NCBI GenBank assembly: GCA_001244265.2 | Contig: CDLV01000010.1 | Span: forward strand, 1,364,001-1,428,000 | Origin: Microbotryum violaceum | Lineage: Eukaryota | Direction of reading: 5' to 3' | DNA length: 64,000 nucleotides | Shown: positions 42,466-54,899 of the stretch, in pieces | Layout of the letters: every line of letters begins with the position of its first letter | Numbering within the stretch: the stretch's first letter is position 1 | Program-made: the position numbers and the translations under genes | Notes under the pieces: generated by a model | What the model was told of the DNA's origin: nothing | Database searches by the model: none | What the model saw: only the letters and a program-made list of their open reading frames with translations

Positions 42466-44242
42466 GATTTCGAGAGTTGGGACGTGGGAGTTCAAGTCGA
42501 GCTAGCAGTTAGGTGTGCAGTCGAGGCAAGATGGGAAAGAGCAAGCAAAAGAGACGTCCAGGTGGTGATGGAAGGATGGCAAGAGCGCCAAGACGGAAGC
42601 CGCTGGTTAACTTCTAGGCAATGCTTGAACCCGAGTGCCGGCGAGGCAGAAGAACCGTCGCGAGCCGATCCCAAGGCCGCGCTTCCGGACTGCGCCACGA
42701 TCGGCTAATCTTTCCACCCGACTTGCGGATCGCGCTCCCATACATGCACGCAGGGGAAAATTGGCAGGAGCCCTTTATGCCGATTTTCGCCCGCGCCAAA
42801 ATCGCTTTCAGGATGAAGTGGCCGCTTTGGTGAGTAAAAGGTATGCTCTTCCCAGACTCATACCGCCGGGCCCGGCACTGGCCCGCACCAGGCCATCGGG
42901 TAGTTAGTTGTATTCGAGTCATCGACCCACGGGAATATGGATCAAAGCGATCACCGAGGTCCAATATCTGCGCCATTGCATCCTCGATCCTATGAACCCA
43001 TTCAGTGGAAGATTCGACCGGCTCCTTGCTTCGTTCAGCAAGAACGTCGATGTTTCACTCTGGACTTTTGAAGTCCCCACCCCCACTACTCCCCCACTCG
43101 GTGCGAAACCGGGACGAAATCGCTGTCGCTGGCAGCCTTCCTACCTCTGTCGCCCCCGCATACACGTGTACATCAGTGGATAGTCATGCCTACTCGTTCC
43201 TTTCTCGTTCAAACGTATCTGCAGGTCATTGCACAGCTATGCACCCTCGCGCAGCTCGAATCGAATCAACTTCCCGCGACCTGCTTCCGTGCGAAACCTG
43301 CTTCCTGCTCCCGCCACCGAGTGCACTGCGTCGATCTGGATGCGGAGAAGTGGCAGGGTAAGGACTGTAATCCACGAGAGACATCAGGCAGTATAGGACG
43401 AGACGGAATGAGAATACCTGTGGGAGAGCTGGCAGGAACGTGCCAGGGGCCAGTAAGGACTCGGTCGATTCTCTTCGAAGCAGGCTGAGATAAAGTAGGA
43501 ATCACTCCTTACTGGAGTAGGATCTTAATCGAAACTCTGTAATACCGATACACGCGTGGGCAAACTGACGCAAATCGATGCATCCGTATGCACCGGCAAG
43601 CAGTTTCGGCCCCTCGTCTGCAGTGCGAACCCAGTAGTACGCATATGCGAAGATCCTGATTAGCACGCAGACATCTGCTTCGAGTCTCTTTGTGCTCTTC
43701 ACCACCTTTTCTAGGCTTCAAGAAACTGTCGCGCAACCCCTTGCGTTTTCAGATGGTTTCGACGGGGAAGCCCCACGGCTATGCGCATCATCATGATGCT
43801 GGCGCTGCGGGCCCGATTCTTCCCCCACGCATGCTTACCTCCGGAAGTCATCTGGATAACCATCCGATATATACAACCCGGCCAACGCTCTAGCTGGAAA
43901 TCTGGAATGGTGAGGAAAGGGGTCCCTCGTGTTGACTTGTGAGAACTCCTTCTCGAGCGCGTCCGACTTGCGAATCGACCACTGCTGGTTTTCGAAATAG
44001 GGGCTCCCGAGTCCCCAGGGTGCCTTCGCCGCTATAGCATCAGTTAGTTCTTTTGAATAACTCAGAAGTATGGCGAGCTGTAAGTGGTGCCACTAAAGTT
44101 TGGGCCTGGGCCTGGGTGGGACATCGACGGCCGAGGTGTCGCGCTCTGTCACGCTCTGTTGGCTCTGTTAGACTCTGTTACGCTCCATCCGGGATTCGAC
44201 CTCTTCCGTTTCACATCAGCCCACGCTTGGGGTCGAAACGGG

Positions 44243-45570
44243 ATGAACACAATACAGGCGAGTGAACGCTGTACCTCAACGTATTCGACAAGCCAATGCC
44301 AACTCTGTATGCTCTCCTCCCTTCTTCCGCACAGGAGATCAAGCGCATCAATGCCAAGCAGCTCGACTTGGGCGAGGGCGGTTCATGGCATGATCAAGTA
44401 TGTCAGCGAAGCATTCGAAAGTCGTGAAATTGGAACTGATTCTCTGCACCCTTCACAGTACAAAGACTCGGCCTACATCTACGTCGGCGGTCTCCCCTTC
44501 CAATTGACTGAAGGCGACGTCATCACCATATTCTCACAGCAAGTCACCAACATATACAATCTACCTTTCCTCTCAGACTGACGTGCTCCCTTCCCCGTTC
44601 GCACAGATACGGTGAAATAGTCGACATATCCATGCCCCGTGACCCGACGACCCAAAAACCGCGCGGGTTCGCCTTCCTCATGTACGCCGACCAACGTTCG
44701 ACCGTACTCGCCGTTGATAACTTGGGAGGAGCAAAAGTGTTGGAAAGAACTTTGAGGGTCGATCACGTGTTGAATTACAAGCAATTGGAGAGGGACGAGG
44801 AGACGGGAAAGATGAAGGAACGCGAACAACAGAGGTCAGTTTACGAAACGGATGCGTTCTATGCTTTCTGCTCTGCTTCGTTCGGGGGGTGGGGTGCTGA
44901 TGAGCTTCGTTCGATGCGTTTGTACAGCCTGGCTGCTCATCCAGATCGACACTGGGCCCCACCGAAAGCAGATCCGGACGACGAAGCCCCATCCGATTCG
45001 GATTCATCTCACCCTTCCATCGACCCCGACGACCCTATGAGGGATTATCTCATCCAACAAGCCCGAGCCAAGGGGAAGAAATCCAGCAAATCTTTGAAAT
45101 CGAAACATGGGGGAGAGAGTAAGGAAGAGAGGAGGAAGAGGAGGGAGGAGAAGAGGAGGATCAAGGACGAACGGGCTAGAAGAAAGGAGGGGAAGAGAAG
45201 GGGGGAGGACACGTCGACGGGGAGGAGTGAGACGGAAAAGAGGGAGAGGAGAGATGATGGTGGGAGGAGAGAGGGGAGGATCGAGGAGGGGCATAGAAGC
45301 AGTCGAGAGGAGGACGAGAGGCGGAGGGCAGAACCTTACTCGGATCGGGATCGGGACCGCGAGCGTCGCGCAGGCAGGGCCAGGGATGTTCATGACGAGA
45401 GATCCAGGAGGAGAACGGACGATGATCGCGAGCGTGAACGTGGTGCATATGATGACAGGAGAAGGAGACGGGAAAGTGATGACGAGGATGATGCCTACAG
45501 GCGCCGTCGGGATGGTCCGTCGCGGTCGTCGGCTTTTGCCGATCTCGAAAAAGCTGTTGGGATGCGATAG
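44243..45570 (+). CDS. IST3: RES complex RRM protein Ist3/Snu17/RBMX2
   Basis: SWHDQ|YKDSAYIYVGGL...TEGDVITIFSQ|YGEIVD...RGFAFLMYADQRSTVLAVDNL...LRVDHV; Arg/Asp-rich tail. Confidence 0.93.
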
Positions 45571-45856
45571 CGATGTCGTCAATACCAGTAACATATCGCT
45601 ATGTGTTTTGAGAGAGTTTGCTTGAAGTCTTCTCACGCCTTGGCCCCTGTTGAAGGCTCTACACGGATAGTCGATTTTCCGCTACTACTCGGAGTGGTAG
45701 GGTCAGAGTGGGCACCGAACTGATTTGCCCGTTGCCCGGGCAGTTTGCCGGCATGTTCAGTTTGAACTTTGCTCTCTTGGCTCTTGCCCACGTCCATTCA
45801 AGTCCAAGTCCGCCTTACTCCCCACATCACCAGTGTACTTGACACACTCCTCCAAG

Positions 45857-46731
45857 ATGGATCGTCCGTCACCTATCATCCCATCCATCACCTTGAACGG
45901 TGCCCATTCACCCTGCTCATCCTCTTCACTCCAACCGAACCTCCCCCCCACGCTCCCGCCTCAAGAACTGATCGTCCTCTGCGGCCTCATAGGATCCGGC
46001 AAATCGACCCTTTCCGCCTCCCTCGTCCAACTTCTTCCCCCAACCACCACACGGCATCAATGGGTACGAGTGAACCAAGATGAATCAGGCGATCGAAGGA
46101 CGTGCGAAGCGATTGCTCGTTCGGCGTTGGCGAGGGGACATAATGTTTTGATCGATCGGCAGAACTTTGATCGGGCCCAGAGGAAGGTTTGGGTGCAATT
46201 GGCGAGAGAGTTTAAAGGGGTTAGAGTCGGGGCTTGGGTTATGGGAACCAGTTTGGAGGTCAGTCGGCTCAAATGGGATCTCAGGTGGCGGTCGCTTCTG
46301 CTGATGTGGGGGGGTTTCATGTCGTCAACTAGGATTGCAAATCACGTTTCATGTACCGCCAAAATCATCCCACAATCAAAGATGCCCAACTCGGTATCCG
46401 ACTCTTGAACCAATTTCTCAAACAATGGCAAGAACCCCACCCCAACGAAGGCTTTGACAGCCTCATGATCCTCCCTCCTTTACCTCCCTCGAACGCCATC
46501 ACACCCGAATTACTCGAATCCCTCCTTTTCCAACTTTGGGCTCCAGCTCCTACCAACGCAAAACGGCAAGTCGAGAATAATGGTACGTTCGGCCCTGCCC
46601 CGATCGTCTCCCCTTGGAATACCACGACTTCGTCGCCTTACAGGCCTGGTCCGAGGAAAGGTCAGAGGAGCTTGGATTCGTTTGGGTTCGCGAGACAGAC
46701 ACCACCGCCCCCGCCTCCTTTTCGTGGATAG
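45857..46731 (+). CDS. P-loop kinase (AAA_33 / polynucleotide-kinase-like), one intron
   Basis: LIVLCGLIGSGKST, WVRVNQD, VLIDRQNFDRAQRKVW, R..HPTI. Confidence 0.8.
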
Positions 46732-47799
46732 GATGGGATTGCTGAGGGTCTCGTAGTATATACTCGGCTGGTTGGGTCTGTAACGTTGGACTTTGGAAGC
46801 CACCTTTGCGCTGTATCCGACAAATTCACGTCAAAAGCTCCGAGAATGGCTTCCGAGGGATTGAGGCCCTGTTCAAGGTGCATGACTCATGCAGCCCAAG
46901 GCCACTAAGCCGCTCGAGCGCGCTTCAGTAAGAAGAGTAAGTATTTCTCTCCCTTTTGAATCCTCGTGCTGTGGAGCTCACGAGATCCCCAAGCACTTCT
47001 TTCCTTCGTTTGCTGGCGAGCAGAGGTTTCCGCCAAACTTGGCAAGACCGGGATGCAAGTGCGTCGGGACTCGAGATTCTTTCGGTGCTATAGCAATGCG
47101 GGTCGCTGGAAGCTTTTTTTGTTTCAATCGGGCGTGAAATATACCCCCACCAACAAGGACATGTTGCCATATCTTGCTCAATTTATCCACCAGCTCCTTA
47201 TTTGAAGAACGAGAGCCTTCGATCAACTTCGCCTGCTGGAAAAGCTCGCTGGAGCGACTGGATGACGGATGACAAAATTTAAGGGTCTTCCCAAGTTTTC
47301 GTCTGTGGACGTACCTGCCGAGGCCAAGCAACTTGCGTAATCTATTCGGTCGGAGAGTAAACCGCGTCTGCCGGTGGCCGGTGTCTTCGGTGCAATCTTT
47401 GCCCAGTATTCGGAGGACTTAGACAAGGATTTGAAGAGACTCCAACTTCACAGGCTTGCGAAATGACTACTAAGCGCCTTCAAGAGTACGGTGGGGTGGC
47501 CCAAACTTACAATAGGCTTTCAAAGTTTATCCGTGCCAGGATGAATGTCGGTTCTTCAATCTTCAATTCTCCATGCTGCGTGGTCTCCGCGGGCGGTGCT
47601 GCCTGCCGTGTGCCAAGCCAATCAATCCAACGGCCAAACTCGCCCGTCGTCTTCGGCCGTGGTACCTGGCACCGCCGGTCAATTGTCAAGGGTCGGGCAG
47701 AAGGATGTCAGCATCCTTTTCCTCTTTTTTTTACACCACTCCTGACTTCCTTCCTGTCCAAAGTGCCCAGGCCCCGTACAAGCCTCTCGCTAAACGACA

Positions 47800-49134
47800 A
47801 TGCTGCCCCAAACACTCCAACCTCACACGCAGATCCCAGCGGCGTCCAATTCAAGCGCCGGCGCCTCGTCGGACTCCGCCAAAGATGTTGCCGCTGCGGA
47901 ACGGGCGTTGATCGAGAGAAAGAAAATGCTGGCTGGTGAAGCGTGAGTTGTGTATTGCTGTGTCGTACCGGCTCACAACCTGCGTCTCACAACCCCCTCG
48001 TAAGGCTCTGTGCTTCGCCCGGGGGGGGGGCGAACCCACGTCAACTTGGTCGAGTTCAGCCGGACTTAGCTTACCCAAGTCTCTCTCCAATCCGACAGTT
48101 ACGACTCGATGCAAGACCAAGGTCTACTCGAAGGACGTCTGAAGGCTCGTCATCTCTTGCATGTGAGTGATGACTATGGTACCGGGCCGACATGTGGCTT
48201 CATGAATTTTAAAGCCGGCGCCGCCTGGTCGAGAGCATCGTGGCCGGATGTTGATGGGGCCCCACCTCGGGCATTGGACTTCACCTCTCGCGCAGGCTTA
48301 CAACCACCATCCACCTGCTACTTACGTCAAAGGGATGAACGGCGCAGAATATTTCGGTGAGGATTGTGGCACTACCCTTCTTTCGTTTCCTTTTCTTTGC
48401 AGGGGTTCGATAACCTTTCTGAGCTCTGGATTGTAGACTGACTCTCGATGATTGCTCTCGTGCCTCATTCCGCAGGACCCGACTCGCGGTGGTCCATTTT
48501 GGCCGAACTGTTCCAAATCCCACTCGAAAAGATGAAGAAAATTGCTATCGAGCCTCCTTTCTACTGCGACTACGGATGCAACATCAAGTTCAAGGGCGAG
48601 GTGAGCGAACGGTTACCAAGATTTCTTCCATACTTTTCCCGCCGCTGTGCCGTTCTCATAATATCCTTCTCCCCCAAATTCCAATTGACACCAAATCCCC
48701 AGTTCTACTCTAACTTCGGACTTACCATCCTCGACTGCGCCGAAGTGACGTGGGGCGAACGGGTCATCGTCGCTCCGAATGTTCAAGTTTACGCCGCGAC
48801 TCACTCGGTCGACGTCGCCGAGCGCCAAGCGGGTCTCGAGCGGGCTTACCCCGTAACGGTGGGGGACGATTGCTGGATAGGTGGGAGTGCAGTATTAATT
48901 GGGCCCTGCACTATCGGTAGTGGATGTACGGTCGCTGCTGGTGCCGTGGTAAGTTGAACTTCGGGAGGAATTTGAGCTTCAAGTTTCTGGATATGTCGGC
49001 TAAGCTGCACTTGTCCATGCTGAACCAAATTATATCGTCTTTTCTAGGTTCGGGGAACGTTTCCGGACAACTGCGTGATCGGTGGAACGCCCGCTCGCAT
49101 CCTCAAAAAGCTGGACCCGCCGGCGGCATCATAG
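47800..49134 (+). CDS. Maltose/galactoside O-acetyltransferase family (hexapeptide repeat)
   Basis: EREKMLAGE, IEPPFYCDYGCNI, YSNFGLTILDCA, ATH, PVTVGDDCWIGG, GTPARILK. Confidence 0.92.
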
Positions 49135-49310
49135 GGGTCAAACCGTGGGTAGCCCCGGCGACCGTGGCGCCGACTGAGGTGCTAAGAACGCGTTACCAAT
49201 TGGAGCCTTTTAGTAGTGCGTTATACATTGGAATGATGCGAGAAGTAGATGAGCCTTATGCAACTACTTGATGTGGAAAAAAGAGAGACATTCGTCGCGT
49301 GTTTCGGCAT

Positions 49311-49389
49311 CCGCGGCCGGCACAAAGCTGAGGCGGGCCAGCGGTTCGAAACCCTCCAAAATATCAATGTTGTGCACTAAGGTGACTCA
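49311..49389. promoter_or_regulatory. Leu3-type CCG-N4-CGG (49311-49320) and Gcn4/CPC-1 TGACTCA (49383-49389) upstream of LEU1
   Basis: Exact consensus matches ~260-340 bp upstream of the LEU1 ATG. Confidence 0.45.
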
Positions 49390-49652
49390 AGCCAGTGTGA
49401 CCGGGCGATTCAAACGAATGTTAAACCTCCCAAAAATGTTTCTTGCGGGGAACGCGTGTACGCCGTTTGAACCGTCCGAAAAGCCCGAACGCGTCGACCG
49501 AGCGCTAAGTCCGATCGAGACCGGACTCTATGAACGGCCGGGGATTGGCTCAGATGAGCTCCGAGCCGACCGCGTGTGTGCGACCTCGACGCGGCCCGTG
49601 TGGCTTTCCCTGCTCTTCTTTACCTCCACACCTAGCAACACCTGTCATCACG

Positions 49653-52530
49653 ATGGCTTCTCAAGTACGTCCAAACCAATCTGAGCCATGCTCGCACCTG
49701 TACTGACCACCCATATACACCTCTCGCAGTCTGGCCCTCGCACGCTTTACGACAAGGTGAGAGCCTCGACTAGGAATGACGCTGCAGCTCATCGTGGGGA
49801 GAGCGGACTGGCCTCCTCACTTTGCTTTCCTCAGGCACCAGAGCTGATCTGTAGTATCTACAACTACGCCCCCCAGGTCTTTGATGAACATGTCGTCCGT
49901 ATGGGAGACGACGGAACAGCCACCCTCTACATTGATCGGTGAGTGCCTCAACCACGCGGACAAAAAAGTCCACTCCCCAAAGTTCGGCATCTACGCCGGC
50001 GCCGGGTTCGATACCTGGAAGGAGCTATGTGTTTTGTGACATGTCATCGCGATGGCTCAAGATGCCCTTGAACCCGAACAGGACCAGTTTTGCTTGATCT
50101 GCACTGCTGACTGACGTCTTTCGCACCATAGCCACATCGTTCACGAGGTGACGTCGCCACAAGCCTTCGAAGGCCTCCGCAACGCCGGCCGAAATGTGCG
50201 CCGCATCGACTGCACCCTCGCCACCGTCGACCACAACATCCCGACCTCGAGTCGAACAAAGTTCACCGACTCGTCTTCGTTCATCAAGGAGTCAGTCCAG
50301 CCACCGCATAGGCCACCCTCGTGAGCAAAGAGCTGACTGCGGCTCATTCGATTTACAGGTCCGATTCTCGGACACAAGTCGTCACCCTCGAGGAAAACGT
50401 CAAGAAGCTGGGATTGAACTTTTTCGGGTGAGCAACTCTCTCACTTGCGTCTTCAGGCCCACTTTGCCGATTCATGGAGCTCACCCCCTGTTCTTCTCCT
50501 CGTGATCCTCAGCATGACCGACAAGCGACAAGGTATTGTTCACGTGAGTGTGCTATCTACGGATTAATCTCAGAACGCTAGTATCGCGGATTATTGACAC
50601 TGCTCATGCTCTTCATCATTGCACTCAGGTCATTGGCCCCGAACAAGGTTTCACTTTGCCCGGAGCGACGATCGTCTGCGGCGACTCGCACACCTCGACC
50701 CACGGAGCTTTCGGTGCCCTTGCGTTCGGTATCGGTACTTCCGAGGTCGAGCACGTCCTTGCGACTCAGACCGTCGGGCAAAAGCGATCCAAGAACATGC
50801 GCATCCAGGTCGATGGCCCTCTTGCCCCCGGCGTGACGGCCAAGGACGTCGCGCTCCACATCATCGGCACGATCGGCACTGCGGGTGGAACGGGTAGCGT
50901 CATGGAGTTTTGCGGTACGACGATTGAGTCGCTATCCATTGAAGGCCGTCTCACGCTGTGCAATATGTCGATCGAAGGTGGTGCTCGTGCGGGTATGGTC
51001 GCGCCTGACGAGAAGACCTTCAAGTATCTCGAGGGTCGACCTCTGGCGCCCAAGGGTGCCGACTGGGACGCTGCCCTTGCTTTCTGGAAAACGCTCAAGT
51101 CCGACGAAGGCGCAAAGTGGGACAAGGTCGTCAAGATCTCGTCCGACGACATCGCCCCGACCGTCTCGTGGGGTACGTCGCCGCAAGACGTCGCTCCTGT
51201 CACCGGCAACGTTCCCGACCCCAAGGACGCGGCCAACCCCGAGAAGCGCGGCCAAGTCGAACGCGCTCTCAAGTACATGGGCCTCGAGGCCGGCATGAAG
51301 ATCGAGGACATCAAAATCACCAACGCCTTCATCGGCTCGTGCACCAACTCCCGTATTGAGGATCTTCGCGCCGCCGCTGCAATCGCCGAGGGTCGCAAGG
51401 TCGCCGAGGGCGTCTACGCCATGGTCGTGCCCGGTTCGGGTCTCGTCAAGTCGCAGGCCCAGGCCGAAGGCTTGGACCGCATCTTCATTGACGCCGGGTT
51501 TGATTGGCGTGAGGCCGGTTGCTCGATGTGCTTAGGTATGAACCCCGACATGCTCGAGCCCGGACAGCGCTGCGCCTCGACTTCGAACCGCAATTTCGAG
51601 GGTCGTCAAGGCCCTGCTAGTCGCACGCATCTCATGTCCCCCGTCATGGCTGCCGCTGCTGCCATTGCTGGGCATCTTGTCGATGCTCGCAAGTACGCCC
51701 CCCACGGCCGATCAACGAGCCCGAAACCGGTCGTCGTCGCCGCACCGACCTCGGACAACAAGCCCGACAATGAGGCGCAGACCGCCGACGCTGCCGATGA
51801 CGGTGTCGCCCAGTCCGATGCTGCCCCCAAGCACTCGGCTCCCGCCGCGGGTACCGCTGCGGGCATCCCCGCTTTCACCGTTTACAAGGGCATCGCCGCT
51901 CCTCTTGAACGTGCCAATATCGACACCGATTTGATCATCCCCGCTCGTTTCCTAAAGACGATCAAGCGCACCGGTCTGGGCACGGCCCTCTTCTCGTCGC
52001 TCCGATACAACGACGACGGTTCCGAGAAACCCGAATTTATCCTCAACCAGGAACGGTACCGCCAGTCCAAGATTCTTGTCGTCTCGGGAGGCAACTTTGG
52101 GTGCGGTTCGTCACGTGAGCACGCGCCGTGGGCTTTACTCGATTTTGGCATCCGCTGCGTCATCGCTTCGAGTTTTGCCGATATCTTCAACAACAACATG
52201 TACAAGAACGGCTCGCTCCCCGTCGTTCTGTCCGAGGAGGACATCGCCAAGCTGCTCGAGGACGCTCGCGCGGGCAAGGAGATCGAGGTCGACCTTCCCA
52301 AGCAGGTCGTTCACCGCCCCAATGGCGAGGAATTTCCCTTCCAGGTCAACGACTTTACCAAGCACTGCCTCGTTAATGGTCTCGATGAGATTTCGTTGAC
52401 GCTCGCTCACGAAGACGCGATCAAGGCCTTTGAGGCCAAGCGATCCGAGCAACGACCTTGGCTGGATGGAATTGGGTACCGAGGAAAGATCCCGATGCAG
52501 TCGGCCAAAAAGTACAAGTTGGACTGGTAG
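49653..52530 (+). CDS. LEU1: 3-isopropylmalate dehydratase (fused large and small subunits), multi-exon
   Basis: [76 protein letters not shown]. Confidence 0.98.
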
Positions 52531-52759
52531 CGAACACTGCTTCAGGGTTGACGCTTGTTTTTTTATGTAGTTATTTCATTCGTAATGCGATTGGAATATA
52601 TCGTTCCTCTTCAAACTCACGAGTACGAACTGCGAGAGGTAAAAATGCTGATTTTGAAGTGCGCGACAAGCATGTTGCTACAGAAAAATGTACAAGGGGA
52701 GAAGTACAAAAGAGATGCGACCAGAAGTGACATCTCCAACCAGAGCAAGCGTTCTACTT

Positions 52760-53719
52760 TTAGACAGGCACGGCCACCACGGTTGTCGTCTTGTTGGCTC
52801 GCCTCTTGCGGCCATCTTGTCCAAGCGTACTCAGTTCGTCCCAATTGACCTCAATCTCGCCATCTTCTTCGACACTGACGGCGTTCCTTACGACTTGCTT
52901 GACCTTGTCACGAACCCTCAGCTCAGCCTGCTCGTTGGGCTGACCGCTCTCCTGTCCTACTCCTGATCGCCCCTGAGTTCGCTTCCCAGCCAAACCTTCT
53001 TTCGCCGCCTCCTTGCGCGCACCTTCGACGATTCGAGAAACAGTATCATTCGAAACGGTCGCAGCGTTGACCCTTCCCGATTGAATCGCAGCACGCAGTG
53101 CCTCGGCGACGTATCGTCGTGACTCGTACGCCTTGGAGATCGCACGCGAGCTGGCCGAAGATCGACGTTTGGCCGTGCTTAGACCAGTGCTGGTACTGGT
53201 GCCGGAGAAGGATGGTCCAAAGGAACTGGATCTGACCGAACGATGGGTGTCGACGGTCGAAGTAGCGGATGAGATGGAGTAGGAGCGAGTTCGGGTGCGC
53301 TTGTGAGGAGGTGGAGGTGGGGATGTGGAACCGTCCAATGAGGAATGTTTGACATCGCGTGCGTCCGCGCCGGAAGCGGGCCCTTGTTCAATGACGGACG
53401 ACACTGAGCGCGATGACGCAGCGACGTGAGGTGGGGCGCCGAACACTGACGTCGAGCCTGGTGCCAGCAACGGCGGAAGATCACTGGTGATGGACTCGGG
53501 TGAAGGGTAGTGTTGCCAAGGGTGACAAGGGTCACTGATCGAGGACGAGCCATCGTGGTCCTTTTGCTGGAGCCAGGTCTGATTGATGATGTCGGCTTGA
53601 AGAGGAATGCGGTTTGGGTCGCTCAGGGCGCTTCGACGCGTGCACGCGGACGACTGCAGCCGGTTCGCGAACGCAGGGTAAGAAGGAATCTTGACGTGCT
53701 GTTCATGACTGAGATGCAT
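52760..53719 (-). CDS. Hypothetical Ser-rich protein
   Basis: Long open frame with a low-complexity middle and a helical-looking C-terminus; no motif recognised. Confidence 0.55.
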   Translation of the reverse strand: MHLSHEQHVKIPSYPAFANRLQSSACTRRSALSDPNRIPLQADIINQTWLQQKDHDGSSSISDPCHPWQHYPSPESITSDLPPLLAPGSTSVFGAPPHVAASSRSVSSVIEQGPASGADARDVKHSSLDGSTSPPPPPHKRTRTRSYSISSATSTVDTHRSVRSSSFGPSFSGTSTSTGLSTAKRRSSASSRAISKAYESRRYVAEALRAAIQSGRVNAATVSNDTVSRIVEGARKEAAKEGLAGKRTQGRSGVGQESGQPNEQAELRVRDKVKQVVRNAVSVEEDGEIEVNWDELSTLGQDGRKRRANKTTTVVAVPV

Positions 53720-54899
53720 CTTGGTCTTGCTGACTGAAGTCCGAGGTGAGGAGGGGGAGGAGAGAATCCAGAGGCATACATGCAGCGCGCCGGGACGGAC
53801 GGGATTCGGGGTCAACTCTCGAACGCGTGGAAAGGAGGTCCTTGCTTCTTATTCCAAGGAGGCTTCAGGAGCTTCCCGCCGGTCGGGCGGATCTTCAATC
53901 GAAGATGTCTACATCATGCGAAGGGGCGAGTCTCAGTTGAGATAAACGACATATTCACTCTCGTTTGGGAAATAAAATAGTCGCATCTGAGCAGACCGGT
54001 TTGTTTCGACCACGTTTTGGAACGTTTGGTCGCTGATGCGATGGCCCATGGGTCACGTGAGCTCGATCGTTGATCCGAGATCGAAAGATCGAAACTACAC
54101 GCCTAAACTCTTTCCGCGGGATTATCCCGCGATTTGCGCGCGGATCGCGGGGTTTTTTTTTTTTTGTAGAAAACGTTCATCATATTGCCCCCAATTCCTG
54201 TCCCCCCTGTTTTGGCCTACGGAAAAACTAGATGGAAGACTACGATGATAACACAAACCGCCCGCAAAAGTGCGAGAAACGAGCCAAGTCCACCAATCCG
54301 AGATTCGGATTCAAATGCCCTAGCCAAGCGGTTGCTCCCCCCCAGGAGACTAATGAGAGAGAGAAAGAGAGACGAAGAGAAAAAGAAAGAAAATAAATGT
54401 ACTAACGACAGAAGGCCCACCCCACAGCCACTTCCCACTCGGTCGAGACGAAGACAAGAGCACGACTGCGCAACCACCACGACCCTCGACGCTCCAATAT
54501 TCAGGACTTCTACCTCTAATTAGGGTGTCAGGCGGAAGGCTCCCCCGTCTGTAAACCAGGCGGGTGACGACCTGGGAATCCCGTAGAGACCGTTTTGGGA
54601 GTGCGGGTACCAGGCTCTGCTTGCGGACCCGTTCTCGCGTTATCATATAATTACATTCATAGCATCACTTTATTCCTTCGAGAAAGTCCTACAGGATCTA
54701 TCTCGGCAGCAAGTACCCCCTACTAAAAGCACTACAAAAATACTGACTCAAATTGAATAGGCTGACTTTTTGACCCAATGAAAGTGGCCTTCTGGTATCT
54801 AGCGCCTTCTGGTATCTAACTCAATTACCTGAGCAAATGCCTAGAAGCCTAATCAGATTGGAAGGGTGCCAGTTAAGTGGGGAGTTGGCGCCGCGAGAG

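Noticed and set aside
42700-44200. Possible hidden gene between the SDR and IST3
   Set aside because: Scattered splice-like signals but no supportable protein.
50002-50018. ccgggttcgatacctgg T-arm/B-box in a LEU1 intron as a tRNA
   Set aside because: No acceptor, D or anticodon arms; at most an isolated TFIIIC site.
47800-52530. Acetyltransferase plus LEU1 as a biosynthetic cluster or horizontal transfer
   Set aside because: Both are ordinary intron-rich fungal genes; no backbone enzyme or transporter is nearby.
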